A stretch of 63,150 nt of DNA, the filler included, from Choristocarpus tenellus KU-1152 (lineage: Eukaryota; Protista; Phaeophyceae), in the NCBI GenBank assembly GCA_964200185.2. It is 12 parts of 12 records of this genome, joined end to end, with 100 filler letters (N's around TTAATTAATTAA, not from the genome) between each part and the next. Parts side by side here need not be neighbours in the genome. Positions count along the whole stretch, not along the records: positions 37,425 to 41,571 come from CAXNAD020015979.1; positions 41,672 to 44,721 come from CAXNAD020022678.1; positions 44,822 to 52,006 come from CAXNAD020006569.1; positions 52,107 to 55,348 come from CAXNAD020021317.1; 8 more parts are not named here. One strand, written 5' to 3'. The notes below the pieces were generated by a model. That model did not search any database. It worked only from the letters and a program-made list of their open reading frames with translations, and was not told the origin of the DNA. The translations under genes and the position numbers were made by a program. Each line of letters starts with the position of its first letter. Position 1 is the stretch's first letter. This document shows, in pieces, positions 38,895 through 53,399 of the stretch.

Positions 38895-41120
38895 CTATTG
38901 TGCATCCAGGTTGTAAGGTATTCACACCGATATGTTACACACCCTAACCCTTTCCTGCCAAATCCTTTGTCCTAACCCCAGTCCCAGGTGTTAGAGAGGT
39001 TCCATTACCAGTTCTACAGACGCGAACTCTCATATTCGCACCGCAGCAGAGAGGTTCACAAAATATTGTGAAGGCATTCTTGAAAGGGAGTTCTACGTGT
39101 CACGGGAGCAGCACGTAGGTATAGTAATCCCACAAAACAAGTAACATTCAAGAATGGAGAGATGCAACAGCGAAAACAACAGAGGGGTAGAAACAGGCTA
39201 CATGAGGGTATGATCGTACAGAAAAGAACGAGTTAGACGTACGTACACAGGACACTCAAGTGCACTCTAGGGCTAGGGTTAGATAGTTGTGCACAAACAC
39301 AGAATCGTACCGTCAAATATCCTAACAAGACTGGAAGTACGCCCACTGCCCACCTCTCCCCTCGTGACCTTCCTCTTGATGATCACTATTTGATTCCATT
39401 GCCACCCCTGTGTCCAAACCAGACAAGCACAAATTCCACGCCATCATCGCTGTCACCACTGCGTGCTTCAAACACCAAAGAGAAGGTATTTCGCTGGTTT
39501 CACCCGAAAAAGCAGGCAAAAAATAACAACTACTTCAATCTTCAAAATCAACAAACTTTTTCCCCCCACCCCCCCCACCCCAAGAAAAAACACAGCATCT
39601 TCTCCATGATCTTACTCACCCTCCGTGCCTCCATCAATCAGTGGGACAATAGTGGTTGGATCAACATTCCCCTCATCATCAACCTCCACAAGCGAGCACA
39701 TAACAGAGTTCAGCCAACGACGTGCCTCAATATTATCCAGCCCAGAAATCACAACACCGAACTGCCAGAGCCAGCACAAGACAAGACAAAGGGAGAGAGG
39801 TAGGTAGGGGGGTGGGGACAGACACCGGTGGAAATCAGTTGTGAAGGCTAGTCGCACTCATTGATCATCAGATCAGATGTGGTTGGTGACTGGAATTCAA
39901 GGGTGGAGGTTGGAAGGCTAGGACTGGGGGGGGGGTATTCAGGCATGATGTCAATTGTCAATTTCACCACCTTAGAGCATGAGAAAGCCAGCATATCAAT
40001 CTCTCTCCCCCCCCAAAAAAAAGTAAGTTTGACCATACCCTCACAACCTGTGTTCCGCCCTACTTCCCACAGGATCTGCAACAAAAAACCAGTCCACGCA
40101 TTACTTGAAGTAGGCACATCACTTGTACTATCTCTACATTTAAACCTTCATCAAAATACAAGTTTGTTGTGCTGAGTTCACGGGCTCCTGTAACAAGAAC
40201 GAAAGAGACCATTTTTCTTAGACCCCAAAACCCTTGAAATTCTTGTGGAGGTGCACTCAAAGATGGCCGCCTGTGTTCATGGGATTGAACCCATGATGCA
40301 AGCATTATGCTGAGCATATGCTATTTCCAACTTTGCTCCATTTTCAGTTCACAACAAGTCCTCCACTGCAACACGACATGTGTCTTGACTCAGCAGTCCG
40401 GGGAGGGAGCTCCAGGGGGTACACAGTAGCATAGCAGGCCACCATTGCTGAGCAAGCATCACAGAGGGGTGGGGATTCCTTGGTGGATGCTATGTAGCAG
40501 GCAGAATCACCCTCTCCAACACTGGCATGTCTTTGATTGTAGAGGTCTCTGTTGCATCACAGGCAAGGTCATGGAGGGTGAAGCAGCTCCTTCCAAGGTG
40601 ACATACGTCATAGGGCTGGGTGTTTTATCATCCGTGGCAGCGTTTGCATTGGTGATATATACCCTTTCCATCCAGCACTCAAGGTCTGGCTTCTGTCAAG
40701 GGGCCCACCCAACCATGCTGTCTACTGGGGCATCCGCACATGGTCAGAGCTTGTGCTGTATTGCTGGTGCTGAAATCAGGGTATCAGTGAGTCTAGTGAG
40801 TGTTCCCATATTTGCAATTGCTAGGCTATTGTGAATTGCTGGGTCAGGCCTTTCTCGCTAGATTACTTTCTACATATATATACAAAAGACTTAGCTGTAC
40901 TCCTTTATCAAGGATCCTCCCTCCTTCAGCTCAATGGTACTCCAGAGTATATCATTGTCTATTCCCCTGAAAAATCACCTTCTTGTAGAAATCTGCATCG
41001 AAGTCTTGGATCTTGCAATGGTGTGCTTCCACATTGCACCCCGGAATCCTGGACATGATAAACTCTGCCGCCACTGTGGCCTTAGGTCGCCCCACATCCT
41101 TCTTACGGAACAGAAACTGC
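38401..41120 (-). CDS. UBA3: NEDD8-activating enzyme E1 catalytic subunit, internal exons
   Basis: Exons 40979-41120 ([21 protein letters not shown]), 39620-39761 ([13 protein letters not shown]...PLIDGGTEG) and 38401-38577 ([10 protein letters not shown]...[17 protein letters not shown], with the catalytic Cys). Confidence 0.93.
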
Positions 41121-41242
41121 CTACGGAGTATTGGCGGGGGCAAGGGCAGGGGCAGGGGTGAGGGCGGGAGCGGGGGCGGGGGAGGAGGGGCTCAACGAAT
41201 AAGATTCCAGGAAAATGGCAAATCCGGATCCGAAAAAACAAA

Positions 41243-41278
<36 letters not shown>

Positions 41279-42655
41279 GCTGGGCTGGGGGGACTAGGGG
41301 CCAGGAGAAGGACACAGGAGTTGAGGGCCATGGCAGGTGGTTGTGGGTGGAGGAGGGGAAGTACCGTATGCACTGCGTATACCACACTCTTCATTTTTAT
41401 TTTTTGAAAGGTGCAATGCGAGGTAAACAGTGTGCACATTGGTCAAGACACGGTTAGCGATTGGATCATTCGACAAACATAGGTGTCGCTTCAAGAGCGC
41501 ATCAGCAAAGGAGGACACGACTCTATGCTTGAGAAACTTCGAGCCAATCCAAGCAACCGGGATATCCCCCCNNNNNNNNNNNNNNNNNNNNNNNNNNNNN
41601 NNNNNNNNNNNNNNNTTAATTAATTAANNNNNNNNNNNNNNNNNNNNNNNNNNNNNNNNNNNNNNNNNNNNGGGGAGGGGGAGCCTCAAGAACGCATCTT
41701 TCATTGATACGCCACCCCCCCATCACCCATTGCTCTATGGTTTCCCAGGCCAACACTGTGCAGCTAGCGGATTGAGGTCACCTAGGGACACTCAGGCTCT
41801 GGAGTCCTATTTTGTCACCTACACTGCCACGTGCAAGGAAAGAATGACCACATACACACTATCAATAACCCATTCTCTCCCTGAAAGCCAACAGAAGAAA
41901 CGCAACCCTGCAAATGTGGGTAGACAAGCCTACAACACCCAACACGTTTAATTCAAATTTCTGCGCTCCTAGCATGTTGTTATGCTGCCACGTTCCAGTG
42001 CAAAATATATTTTATCCGTCCAATAGCCACTTGCATCGTCTCCATGATGCAGTGCGAACAACCTATCACATGCACAATAACACTAGTCAAGAAAGAAGTC
42101 TGCACCTCTCAACTCCCCCCAACTCTGTGTACCATATGCCCTCATGATATTATACTCACTAACAAGATGAGGGCTAAATTGTATATATACAAGCAACAAA
42201 GGTGTAAATCTGGGAACAACTCAACTTACTCTTTCTTTACACACTAATGACTTCATCAGACCCCCAGTGCATGCTACACTAAGCCTGCTCAGGAGCCATG
42301 CAAGCAGGGCATTTCAATTCCCCAGTCACCTAATCATCATTTTCAAATGCAGCTTATGTGTTTGTGTATCTATCGTGTTCCTCCATCCTTGAAAACACCA
42401 TCTCTCCCCCATCCATGTGCAGCAATTTTTTTTTGACTCAGTCAATTGTTGTATGGTATAACCTTCAAAAGTTGACACCAAACAAGCAAAGCTGAGGTAC
42501 TAACGCTTCCAATTCCCTCCCAGTCCCCATACGTGTACCATTAGAGGATGATTTTTTGCCTCCAACGAAGGACTACCACGACCCAATAACCCACATCCGG
42601 AAGACCTTTTATCTAATACTTCCTTTATGTCTTGGCATGGGAGTCACATAGGCAA

Positions 42656-42933
42656 CCTGCCTGCTCGTTGAGTGTCCGACACGATTCAAGCTCTCCCCTT
42701 CTCGAAAGAAGCCCTTACCACTCGAGTGAGCCTTCACTCCGAATCTTTCCTCGCTCCAAGGAGGGCTGACTGATAGCACCAGACCGTCCTTGGTCGAGTG
42801 GGAATAAGCACCAGCGCTATTTCGCTTCAGTAGTCTATCTAGTAGCTTAGGTCCCATACGCTCTCGCTTCTGCTTTATCGTTTTGTCTTTTTTCGGACGT
42901 GCTGGGGACACTCGAGACTTCTGCTTGTCAAGG
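42656..42933 (-). CDS. Candidate exon of an unidentified gene
   Basis: TATAG|...CAG|GTTGCC bounded open frame LDKQKSRVSPARPKK...STSRQ; no family recognised. Confidence 0.25.
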
Positions 42934-45928
42934 CTATAGAGGGGTGATACCCCGTTAGCATCCCATGACGTGTCGATCTGTCCATATCAAGGGGGCACCG
43001 AGAGGTGAACGATACGAAAAAGGGGGATTAGACAATGAAAGTAGGAGCCAGTGCCACATAGGATGCTCTGGATGCAAAAATCCGAATTACTCTTTCATCG
43101 GTAAAGACTCTGCTTATGCCATAAAGATAGCAAATATAGTTGTTTCGATAAGACAGGTCTTGTTGGGAAGAAGACCGTGTTGGTTAAACGACAACCATTG
43201 CGACATAGATTGACCTTAGACTACCCAGGACAACATGAGATCAGAAGATGAAGCAAATCCAATGCGATCTACGTTGTATCACACCAGCCAGGAGAAGAAC
43301 TCATGCACAAGGGGGAGAAAATAACAAAAAGCACCTGGAGTGAAGGCCGTGTCCGTCTCCGTGACTTGGATGCTTGGGGGTAACGTTCGTTTGAGGACAT
43401 TGACTTCGAGCTCACACTCCACTGGAGAGCGATGTCAAGGTGCCTTGACGGTAATGATCCTCGTGTGAGAATGAGCCTAACCGATTCCGGGCGAGCACTA
43501 CTGGTTTGTTCCGTTTAGCGTGTCGCGAGCAGTTCGTGCTGATGCTGACCTGTGGTAGGACTGAGTGTAGCCCCTGCTAAGAAGTGCAGATTGTGGAAAT
43601 GGAAACTTGACTATTCAGCCCTTACAATGAATCGTCATTTGACTTATTTATACTTTTTTCTCCTCTATTTTGTATTGCCTTTCTGAGCACAGACCCAAGC
43701 ATGTTGGATGTCGCTTCCTCCTCCATGACAACAAATTGCCAAATTTTCCACTACCATTGCATCATGCATCGACGTAAAGTACATTATTAATCAATAGATA
43801 TCACTCTATAGAGAGGTATAAAAAGTGATATTCCACAGGTGTTGTTTTAACCTCAACTATTTTCTTCCTTCTTTCCATAGAATACACACAATAGACTAGG
43901 TCGTAGAAAAGTTAAGTGCGCCTCCACACAGTTCGTGAAACCGAAAAAATGAAGAGGGAAAAGATGGGGAGAAAGTAATGAAGCAATGTAAGGGGGGATA
44001 ATTGAACTTGAACTTGAGTATGGCTCGTACCTCGTCGTTTAAACTTATGGGGACCAATCGATCAATCTGAAAACTCTTCCAGTCAGAACTCGGGGCTTTT
44101 AAATTAAACTCTGGTGCGTTAATCGCTACGCACGTTCTTGGTTGTTGGTTCTACGACACGTCATCGATTTTTCGAAATATTCATTACAAAATATGTCTTC
44201 TTTTAACGACCATGTGAAAACGTCACTCACTACACCCAATACGAGCGTGTGACGCGGTTGAATAATTAAGAAATAAATCGTTTGAAGGCATTTGTGTCGG
44301 ATAAACGGGTGGACTTGATATTGCTATAGTCAAGAGTCTAATGAAGTAGTGGACCTCTATTATTACTCACGTACGCGTGGTGTTATGCTTGAACAGAAGG
44401 GAAGAGGAGGCGGCAAGAAGTCCAATTTATCATTTTGTGGACGTTTTCTTCACGCGACACTAATGGGCCTTTCAGAATCTTGATGTCCACGAAAAAAAAC
44501 TACTTATGACATAAAACAATAGGATTCGTCATCTCTGAAGGGATCACAAAAGCAAACACTAACACAAAAACAGCCAATAAATGAAGTAGTGGGGTGGAGG
44601 GTTTGACGGTAGAAGTTCAAGGATTGTTGTGGTTTTGAGTCAACGATAATGTCCATTGATTGTTGTACCAGTAGTAATTAACAGGGGATTCTCAAAATGG
44701 AGGATGGAGCGGGACTATGAGNNNNNNNNNNNNNNNNNNNNNNNNNNNNNNNNNNNNNNNNNNNNTTAATTAATTAANNNNNNNNNNNNNNNNNNNNNNN
44801 NNNNNNNNNNNNNNNNNNNNNATACCCCCCTCGTCCCCGCCCCCCCCCCCCACGGAACAAATAATGCACACAAGGAAAGCGTGTGTCAGAATATTAGTGT
44901 AACTGAATCGAAAAGGTTTGGACTTTCAGTTATTTTGTAGAAGTCACAATACAACCAGAAGCATCACTAATGAAGGGGTCTATGGTCACAGAAACACATA
45001 CTCATGACAATGCCTGACATCACTATAAATCAAACATCACATTAACTTTTCCGTTTCAATTGATCGTATCATTTTCAATCACGCTTCACTCTTCATGCCT
45101 TAGGATCTGCCCACCAAGGCCTGGTGAGGTTTTGTGGTTTTTCGCCTCTTGGCTTACCTGGTTACTCTTTAGCATCCCTTATCTCAACAAACTTCGACAC
45201 CTCTCGAGATCAATGATCAAGATCTTCATTTTGTCGATCCTCTATGTTATCCAAATTATCAGACATATCTACACGAACATTTTGCTACTTCCAGGATCTA
45301 ATTAGAAAATATGTTGTGAGACTACCCCCTGACAACCTGTCAGCATTTTTTCTCGTGCACCTGGAGTTTAATTTAATTGCATAATGTTTCTTGATCAAGT
45401 CAATTTTATCCTCAGCTTGTAAAATATCTCGGCTCATAACACAAGCTACACTCCACAAAGTTACACAAAACATTCAAAATATGTCGTGTGAACACGTCGA
45501 TCTAAGAGTTCGGTGTACTCTCCTCAACACCAAACCTATCCCATACCATGGAGACTAAACAGTAAAGAACTTAAACCCCTACAAACAACTTTTCCTCAAG
45601 TTGGAAAGTAATTTTTCAATGATAGGGCTAGCTCAATCTATGTGGAAGAGGGCCTGCATTCTCTGTTACAGCCACATTACATATCATTAGGATCTCCGCA
45701 ACAGATTCTCACGCCCATGGTCAACAGGCAAGGTAGAGTACTAAGTTAGATTAGGTCATATATCTTGTGCTGACCTACACAGGGGGTGTTACGTCAATTA
45801 CACTTAAGAGTCCAGTGACAGTACATCCCTTGAAAACATACAGTAGGCTACAGGAAAAAAAATGAATCCTAGATCTGCACAAACAAATGTGCGTCAAGAC
45901 TAGACCTGACAAGTCTCAAACAGCTCAC

Positions 45929-48900
45929 CTCTGTGAACACATCAGGGAGATTCCCCTTCAGTCCCAGCACCTGTCCCACCAAGCGGTCTGCTCTTGTTAG
46001 GGTTGGGTCCACCCTTGTGCCCACCCCAATCAGCCCCCCCGGTACGGCAAACTGGAGATCATTTTGCTCTGCATACAGCGACAGAATCTTTGAAAAAATA
46101 GGGTCACACTGGGGCGGGGGCGGGGGCAGGGGTAGGAGGTTAAATACCATCCTGTTGTAAGGTAAAGGTCTATTACGTCATTTTTGGTATGAGTGTGGAT
46201 AATAGGCGACAGATTCATTAGTTTCCTGGGCTGAGTCAATATTTGTGAGGCGAAGTTAGATGGGGAGGGGAGGGGAGGGGAGGGGTATCCGCTTTCTAAT
46301 TATTGAAAGTAGGGACATGCATCGATCAACTGAAGTCCAAGTCATAACAAAACTCTACTGCAGTGGTTGTGGTCAATGTAGAAGTAGAAGGTAGGTAACC
46401 TAGTGCACCTTGACATTGCCCTCAGAATCCTTTGTCACGATCCCTGGTCGAACCTCAATTTCATCACCCACACGCAGCACCCCCTGGACAATGGAACCTC
46501 CAGCCACACCTGCACCAGACAAGAGGTCAGAACAATGACATTAACCCCTTTGTAAACCACAAATCTATTGAATAATTGATGCTTGATTTGAGAACCTTGG
46601 AAAATAAAACCTACATGCCATAAGCCTGTTCTGAGTCATCTGTAACTTTTGAAGATATTGACGAACTTCATTTCTGAAAGAAGATAGGGAACCCTTGACG
46701 AATATCTGGTTAGGGTCAGCTCTTTTTATTATTACTCCCATCCATCACAATTTTATCAGACACAGAAAAAGCCTCCATGTCTACCTTCAGAGTGTTTTCA
46801 AGCTCACCAGACAACTTCCTCTTCCTTACCCCTGTGTGCTCCACACTGAAGTCATTCCCCCCTTTGTATCTAAGTCCTTGATTGTACACCACAAAAAGGA
46901 GCTGCCAAGCCCTCTCAAGTGTGGTTTCATCATACTCCTCATACTGTTTCTTAATGACCTTCACCATCTCCTCGACAGATCCAAACCGCTCCCCCATCAC
47001 CCAGCATCTCAAAGACCTGAAGAAGCACAGGTCAATGATATTGAGGTTGGGGGAGTTAGATGGCTGAGCGACAAGCCTAATCGACCACCTCTCAGTCTTC
47101 CCTGCCCCTGACAAGATTTCTGAGTTGCCCTTCCCCTTGTGGGGGGTGGCACCGTCTTGCTGAACGACAACATGCTTCCCCTCCAACCAAGTTATCTTGA
47201 TCTTGATTGCAGGCGGTAACTCCTCCATATACCACTTTCTGTACCACAAATGGTCTAAAGTACCGTCCTGCTCATACACATCCCTCTTCTTGTGGTTCTT
47301 GCTTGTCCTGTTGACCGTTTTTGGCGTACAAACACACCAAACACCAAGCTTTCCACTAAAAAGTTGAGAGGACAATCTGGGTGGGCGTTGACTGCAATAA
47401 TAATCTTTTGGGGGTATGACTCTTGTGGTGCAGAGAGGGGGACCCTGGAAGGTCGCTATCATCCTCATGGGAAAATACCCTAACCCTTTCCCAATCAGTC
47501 ATCACGTAAAACCAGGTTTCACCCACATGGATCGTGTTCCCCATGGAGGCGTACACACCACGTTTCTGGTCCACTCGATCACAAACAAGGTCCATTTTCC
47601 GTACCTTTTGCCACGATTTAAGCTTGTTTTTGATTCAGCGGCGATTCAGCATGGCCCCCGTATCATCCAACCACCTCTTCATGGTGCTTGTGCTATCATT
47701 CAGCCCCTTGGCAGCCATCTTTATTGTCACCTGACGCAATGTGGATGACTGATCATCGGAGTTGATACTATATATTGCGACCATCTTGGTCAGTGTGAGC
47801 TCTGAAGGCCCCCCATTACGTGCCACCACCCCTAGGTCAAGCGTATGGCCACGGGCGAGTTGATTAGCGACGTCCTCCCAGAGCCCTCGCATGTAACACT
47901 CCGAAATCCAAACTCCGCTGAGAGGGCCGACCCAGCGTGTCGCGGCAGTTTATGCTCACCAGGAACCATCGCGAGGGCATGCCACACTTCGCACAACCCT
48001 GGTATTCAGAGACACTTGGGCACCCTTCCTACGTGGGGGTGGGGGTCGAAAGGGGTGTTGTCATGCCAACGTTCTGACCCTCGACGCGCCCAGTTCTGGC
48101 CTCAAAATTACTCCAAAATCACCTCGAGTTTGTACGTGATGATCCTTGACCCCCACCTTTTCTGGAAGCTGAGATTGTCAACCTGACTTCATTCTATGGA
48201 GTTATCGTTCGATTCGGCGCCGTTCTCGCTCGGCGAGCCCAGATGATTCGCGCCACAAACATATGGCGTAGAGGTAGTACATATATATATATATGTATGT
48301 ATTTGAAAAGATCTCTAGGACTTTAGACAGAATAGACTTGAAGAAGGGGGACCCCTAAGACTTGGTGACATTTTAAACAAAAGCCCGACCAATTATCAAT
48401 TTATGGACAAGAGATTGGTCCACTCCAAACAAAAAAGCAAAAAAAGGAGCTGAAGTGCAACTGGGCAGAAGTTGCGTGTAAATGTTGCAAAAACAACAGT
48501 AATCACCAGCAAGATGCTTACTCCAAATCGGTAAACCTTTTGAATTTCGAGACTAGAAACACCCCAAGCCACCATGAAAACAAACACACCATTTCCAACA
48601 TCTCACAAGATCCACACCCCAACCCTCAGCTCTCCCACTCACCTCCCCTTAAATGTTCAACCTCCTCTCCCGGCTTGTTCACATCAAACGATCGAATTAC
48701 AATCAGCCTAGGAACAGATGTAAAATCTCTCACTTGGTGACACACAACCAAATTCACACATTGGTGGCAGACCAGATGCCCACATCACCAACCGGAGGCA
48801 GAGAATGCAGAAAAGGGCAAGAGACATGTTAACATGTTGGCAGGAAGTTCCTCCTAACAAAATCTTACCGACAAGCGCAGAAACTAGGTAGGGGGACTGT

Positions 48901-51855
48901 GTCATTGCAATGAATGTATCTCAATCTGCAACAAGGGATGCGGACAAATGATGGTGAACCTAGCCTGTCCCTCTTGCATATACTGTTTTCATACCTGGAA
49001 CAGGAATCTTGTGACTGATGTATTCACACACAACATCAATGTTGTACTTAAGGACTGCGCTGATGGGGATGACAGGGGCATCATCGGCAACAGTTCCAGC
49101 CACAAACTTCCGTATCTGCTCGTGTTGTACCAGGGCCTGGTCGTGCTTCACCAGGTCCACCTTCGGAACGGCCGGGTATCAAGGGACAAGACTGTCAAAG
49201 TTTAATTGAGGGGTAGGGGTAGGGTTGCCACAAGCTGGGTCCCATTGACCACAGCTCCACCTGCAAAAAGGAGAGAGACCATACCAACTGAAAATAGTAA
49301 TACGATGACAAAGCGCTGTGAGACAGAGCGGCAAGTCAAATTAGTATTCCCTACAGATGATCTTTCCAAGCAATGGGAACAAAGTAAGTACAAAAAATAT
49401 GCCCTCTCACCCCCCTCCCTCCCCCCCAAAAGATTATTTATTCGAAAACAAAACACTAACAGTAAAACCACTGATTAGGAAAACCTGCCCACAACTGTAA
49501 CAAGGTTTCTGAAGGATTGGGAGCAGACCTTATTCTGCAAGATAATTATGTTTTGAAGACGCATGATCTCCACAGCGGCTAGGTGTTCACTGGTCTGCGG
49601 CTGTGGGCAGGCCTCGTTTCCAGCAACAAGGAGCAGGGCTGCGTCCATCACCTATCATCGAGATAATTCACTTAGGTTAGTTCATGCACCCTCTCCCATA
49701 CAGGATGATTACTAGGACTCTGCCCATGGGAATGAACTGCACAATAGCCCGAAAAAAGAAACACTGTTGCCTACAATAATGCAAAGGGGTTTCAGGTGGC
49801 TAACACGCGTTCTCAATATTGTTTGTGGCACATGATGAAAGATGATGAAAAACTTGGTGCTACAACTGCGAACCGAAAACTCCCCCCCCTTCATCTCAGT
49901 CAAGATTGTTTTCGAGGATGTCATCTAAAATTTTCACAAAATTAGGAACACTCTTTGATTCCAATTTCAAGTTTTAAAGCATCTTGTACACAGAAGGAAT
50001 CCTGTCCTTCTTGCGAGAAAGAAGGAACAATTTGGCAGGTTAAAGCCCAACTCCAACCCTAACCATGTACCAGTCATTCATTCACTACAAATAAAAGGTT
50101 TACATGACAAATTCATCACAAGGTAACCGTAGCATTCTTTTCCCTCATGCAGACAATCCCGTCAGGCATTTCACGCAAGCACTAGAACAGCCTAGCACAT
50201 ACAAGAATGATCCGTATCAAGTACCAACAAGCACCAAACAGTTAAAGGTGCGTTGAGTGTTATTTGAACGCCAAACATCACAGGATAGTAACAATTCTTG
50301 GAGAAGGGAACAAATGGAGTCTGGTCGCACCACTGAACCTCCACCTCAAACATAGAATAGATGTGCCACCAAAACCTTAACGTGTAAACTCTGCACCTGA
50401 TCTACAAAAACGTGCAAGGCTCAACAGCCCCAGGGCATTTCAACTATTGAATCTCCCCTACCTAAACCTATCCACACCCCTCGAGTTCGGCCCATCCCTT
50501 GGATAATTACCCACACCAAATACCTATAATGACGCCTGATACTTTTACAAGCCCATTCTAGAGTAACAGCACAATGCAGGATGAGGCAAAGTATTCACTA
50601 ACTCCACCCCCCCCCCTCATTCCCCTCTCACAGCTGCACCGTTGAGCATGGTGGCCATGAGAATGTCATGTCCAGGGCAATCAACAAAGGACACATGTCG
50701 CTGCAGCTCCCACGTCTTGCCATCCTCATCAAAACGATCCGCATGGTGTGAACCCTTTGACCTGTGACAGGAACGAGACGAACATAACGAAATTGAAACA
50801 GATCAAACATAAACCCATGATCACAAAAAAACACACACACACCAGCTGGTATGGTGGTGCTAATTTGACAGTTCATTTCTAGCACACCGTCAAAAATAAA
50901 ATATTTAATAAATTGCAATCTTTGTGAGGAACTCACTGGTAACGACCGCATCACGTGTACCAGGGTTTTAAACACTCTAAAAACTCTTTTTTTGTCCCCG
51001 TACTAGCACTGCAAATGAGTACGGCATTTTATCTTCTACCTGAAGTTTCCTGGTCCAGGTGTTGCCCCCTCAACTGCCTTGAAGATCTTAGCATTGGCAT
51101 AGCCCAACTTGATAGTAATGTTCCGCTCCAGCTCGTTCTTGAAGCGCACGGTCTGATGCAGGCCAGAGAGAGACAGAGAGAGAGAGGAGGGAGGGGAGGG
51201 GGGAGGACAAATATTCACTTCAGAAAACGATATCTCTTTATCACTGCTTAAGTCATGTACACTAGATGAGCTCCACTAGGGAAAGGATTTCTTCCCCCAA
51301 ACGGGACTCCACGGAACTCCTAACAAATCAACTTTGGTTGGGGTTAGCTATGATAGTTAGCGATGATAGTGGAGTAGGCAGTCGAATGTACTCCTACCTT
51401 CCCAGTTAATTACCAAACAAATCAACTCAACTAGACTGTTAAGTCACAACACAAATCATGACTATTCTCTTGCAACCCAAAAGCACAGGCCATCAAAGAT
51501 GCTTATCTATCACAGGGGAGCAACAACTAAACCCGAAAAGCAAGAGCCTCTAAAAAAAACAGACAACAGACAAAAAGGCGTTGTCTGTGGAGTCCTCAAA
51601 CCCTGACCAGATACACCACGTCAACATCCAACACTACAAGAGTAGACAATCCATTCACCAAAATTCTCCTCCCCGGCCCTGACACAAACCCTGGCCCCAA
51701 TTCTAGCCACATGCCTGGACTCCAGATATGGCCTTCACCACTGTAGACTTTCCATGTGCCACATGCCCAATGGTTCCAATGTTGATGGTTGCCTGACGGC
51801 TGATCACCTCAGGCGTGAGCGGTGTCAGCAGCGCAGGGTCTAGCTTCTCCAGGTC
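45929..51855 (-). CDS. EIF2S3: Translation initiation factor eIF2 gamma subunit, partial (8 exons)
   Basis: Exons 51715-51855, 51040-51152, 50632-50761, 49529-49651, 48995-49160, 48643-48732, 46409-46509 and 45929-46108. Motifs [26 protein letters not shown]|[20 protein letters not shown]. First and last exons lie outside the contig. Confidence 0.97.
46607..48277 (-). mobile_element. Decayed Tc1/mariner (DD39D-like) transposon inside an eIF2-gamma intron
   Basis: [17 protein letters not shown] and [19 protein letters not shown] (40 residues between D2 and D3). TA-flanked TIR CTACCTCTACGCCATATG (48277) with a degenerate partner at 46607. Frameshifted. Confidence 0.88.
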
Positions 51856-52511
51856 CTGATGAGGTAGCCATACAGGGTAATTTGAGTCTTGTCTATGTGT
51901 GCGATTGGTCAGTATACATCTGTGTAGGAGGGCGGGGGGGAGTGGACAGGCATGGCAGGGCAGCCTGGAGAGAGGGGCTATGAAAATGTAAAGACAACAA
52001 AAATCCNNNNNNNNNNNNNNNNNNNNNNNNNNNNNNNNNNNNNNNNNNNNTTAATTAATTAANNNNNNNNNNNNNNNNNNNNNNNNNNNNNNNNNNNNNN
52101 NNNNNNTTTCGGGGCCCCTCCCCTCGTGCACCCCCACTTCTTGATCCTCATTACTACCTTCCCCCCCCCCCCCCCCATCCTGGAGAGGATTAAAAAAGAA
52201 GGAGCAATTGAGGTAAAAAACCCCAACACAATGAGGAGTGGACGATCAGCAGTACAGATGTTGATACACAGGGTAGTTCCACACGAGAAAAAAAAGTAAT
52301 GATTTGTATAGCGTGATTTTACAGACACACAAAGAGTGTATGGAGACTCGATATGTATCAGGATAGTGATTAAAGATAAAATAAATTTAAAGTACAACTT
52401 AAATCGACTCTAAAAATATAAAAATGATGCCTGTACTCGAATGCTTCCAAGCACAAATAAAAAAAAGAGAGAGGGTAGTGCATGCTTGTGTCAAAACAAC
52501 CAATCAAAGAA

Positions 52512-52725
52512 TGCCCCTTCAATCATGGCTACGATCAATGTGACACGGATTGAATCTAAGATTCACAAAACATGAACAACAGCACTTACCCAATTGCTCA
52601 CAAAGAAATACCCTTCAAGCATGGCTACAATCAAAGTGACACACATCGAATCTTAGTGATCAAATTGAATCTAAGATTCACAACAATATAAACAATTGCA
52701 CTTATCCAATTGCTCACAAAGAAAC
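52512..52725. repeat. Tandem duplication, 2 x ~100-120 bp
   Basis: CCTTCAA.CATGGCTAC.ATCAA.GTGACAC...TTGAATCTAAGATTCACAA...GCACTTA.CCAATTGCTCACAAAGAAA twice. Confidence 0.8.
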
Positions 52726-53399
52726 AAATCACCACTCACCGTCACCAGGACTAGACGTGACAAACCTGACAACCAAAGCACAAGCACAAAGCCAAAACAG
52801 AAATCAATCACAACTGATCATCCACCAATAAAAATAAATACCCAAGGGTTACACAATCCGCGCAATCCACTCTCAGAATGCTCTTCAACTGCTTGTCTAC
52901 ACACACTTGTACCCAAAAAACCCACAGGAAAACTATCCACCGACCATACATAGCTCATAGAGTAGATTTTCTCCTCTCATAGAGTAGAACACCTCCCTTT
53001 ACCCTCTTCCCTACAGCTAGTGTATTACTAGAGTATGATCAGAGCATAAAGCCCTGTTTGAGTAGCTGAGAACAATATTAAGGCAACATCCCCAATTATG
53101 ATTTTTGAAATCCCATTCCATCCTACTACCTTCTCCTCCTTCCCCCTGCCCCCACCACCCTCCCACAACCGCCCCACACCCCCCCCCCCCACCCCCCCCC
53201 CCCCCCTCCCTACACATCAATTACACTCTCACCCCAAAATACCAATCACATTGAGGAAAATAGGAAACTTTAACACCTAGAATAAAGACAAAACCCTCGC
53301 TCTTATCTAGAGTGGTCTATTATTTTCAACACAGACAGGCCTAGCAAAGTACCAAAAAAGCATAGAAAGACACTACTTCGATACACTAGTACAACCCAC

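Noticed and set aside
1048-48277. Fanzor/TnpB cargo associated with the mariner or Sola-like elements
   Set aside because: No RuvC or zinc-finger motifs found in or beside the elements, and their lengths are filled by the transposase alone
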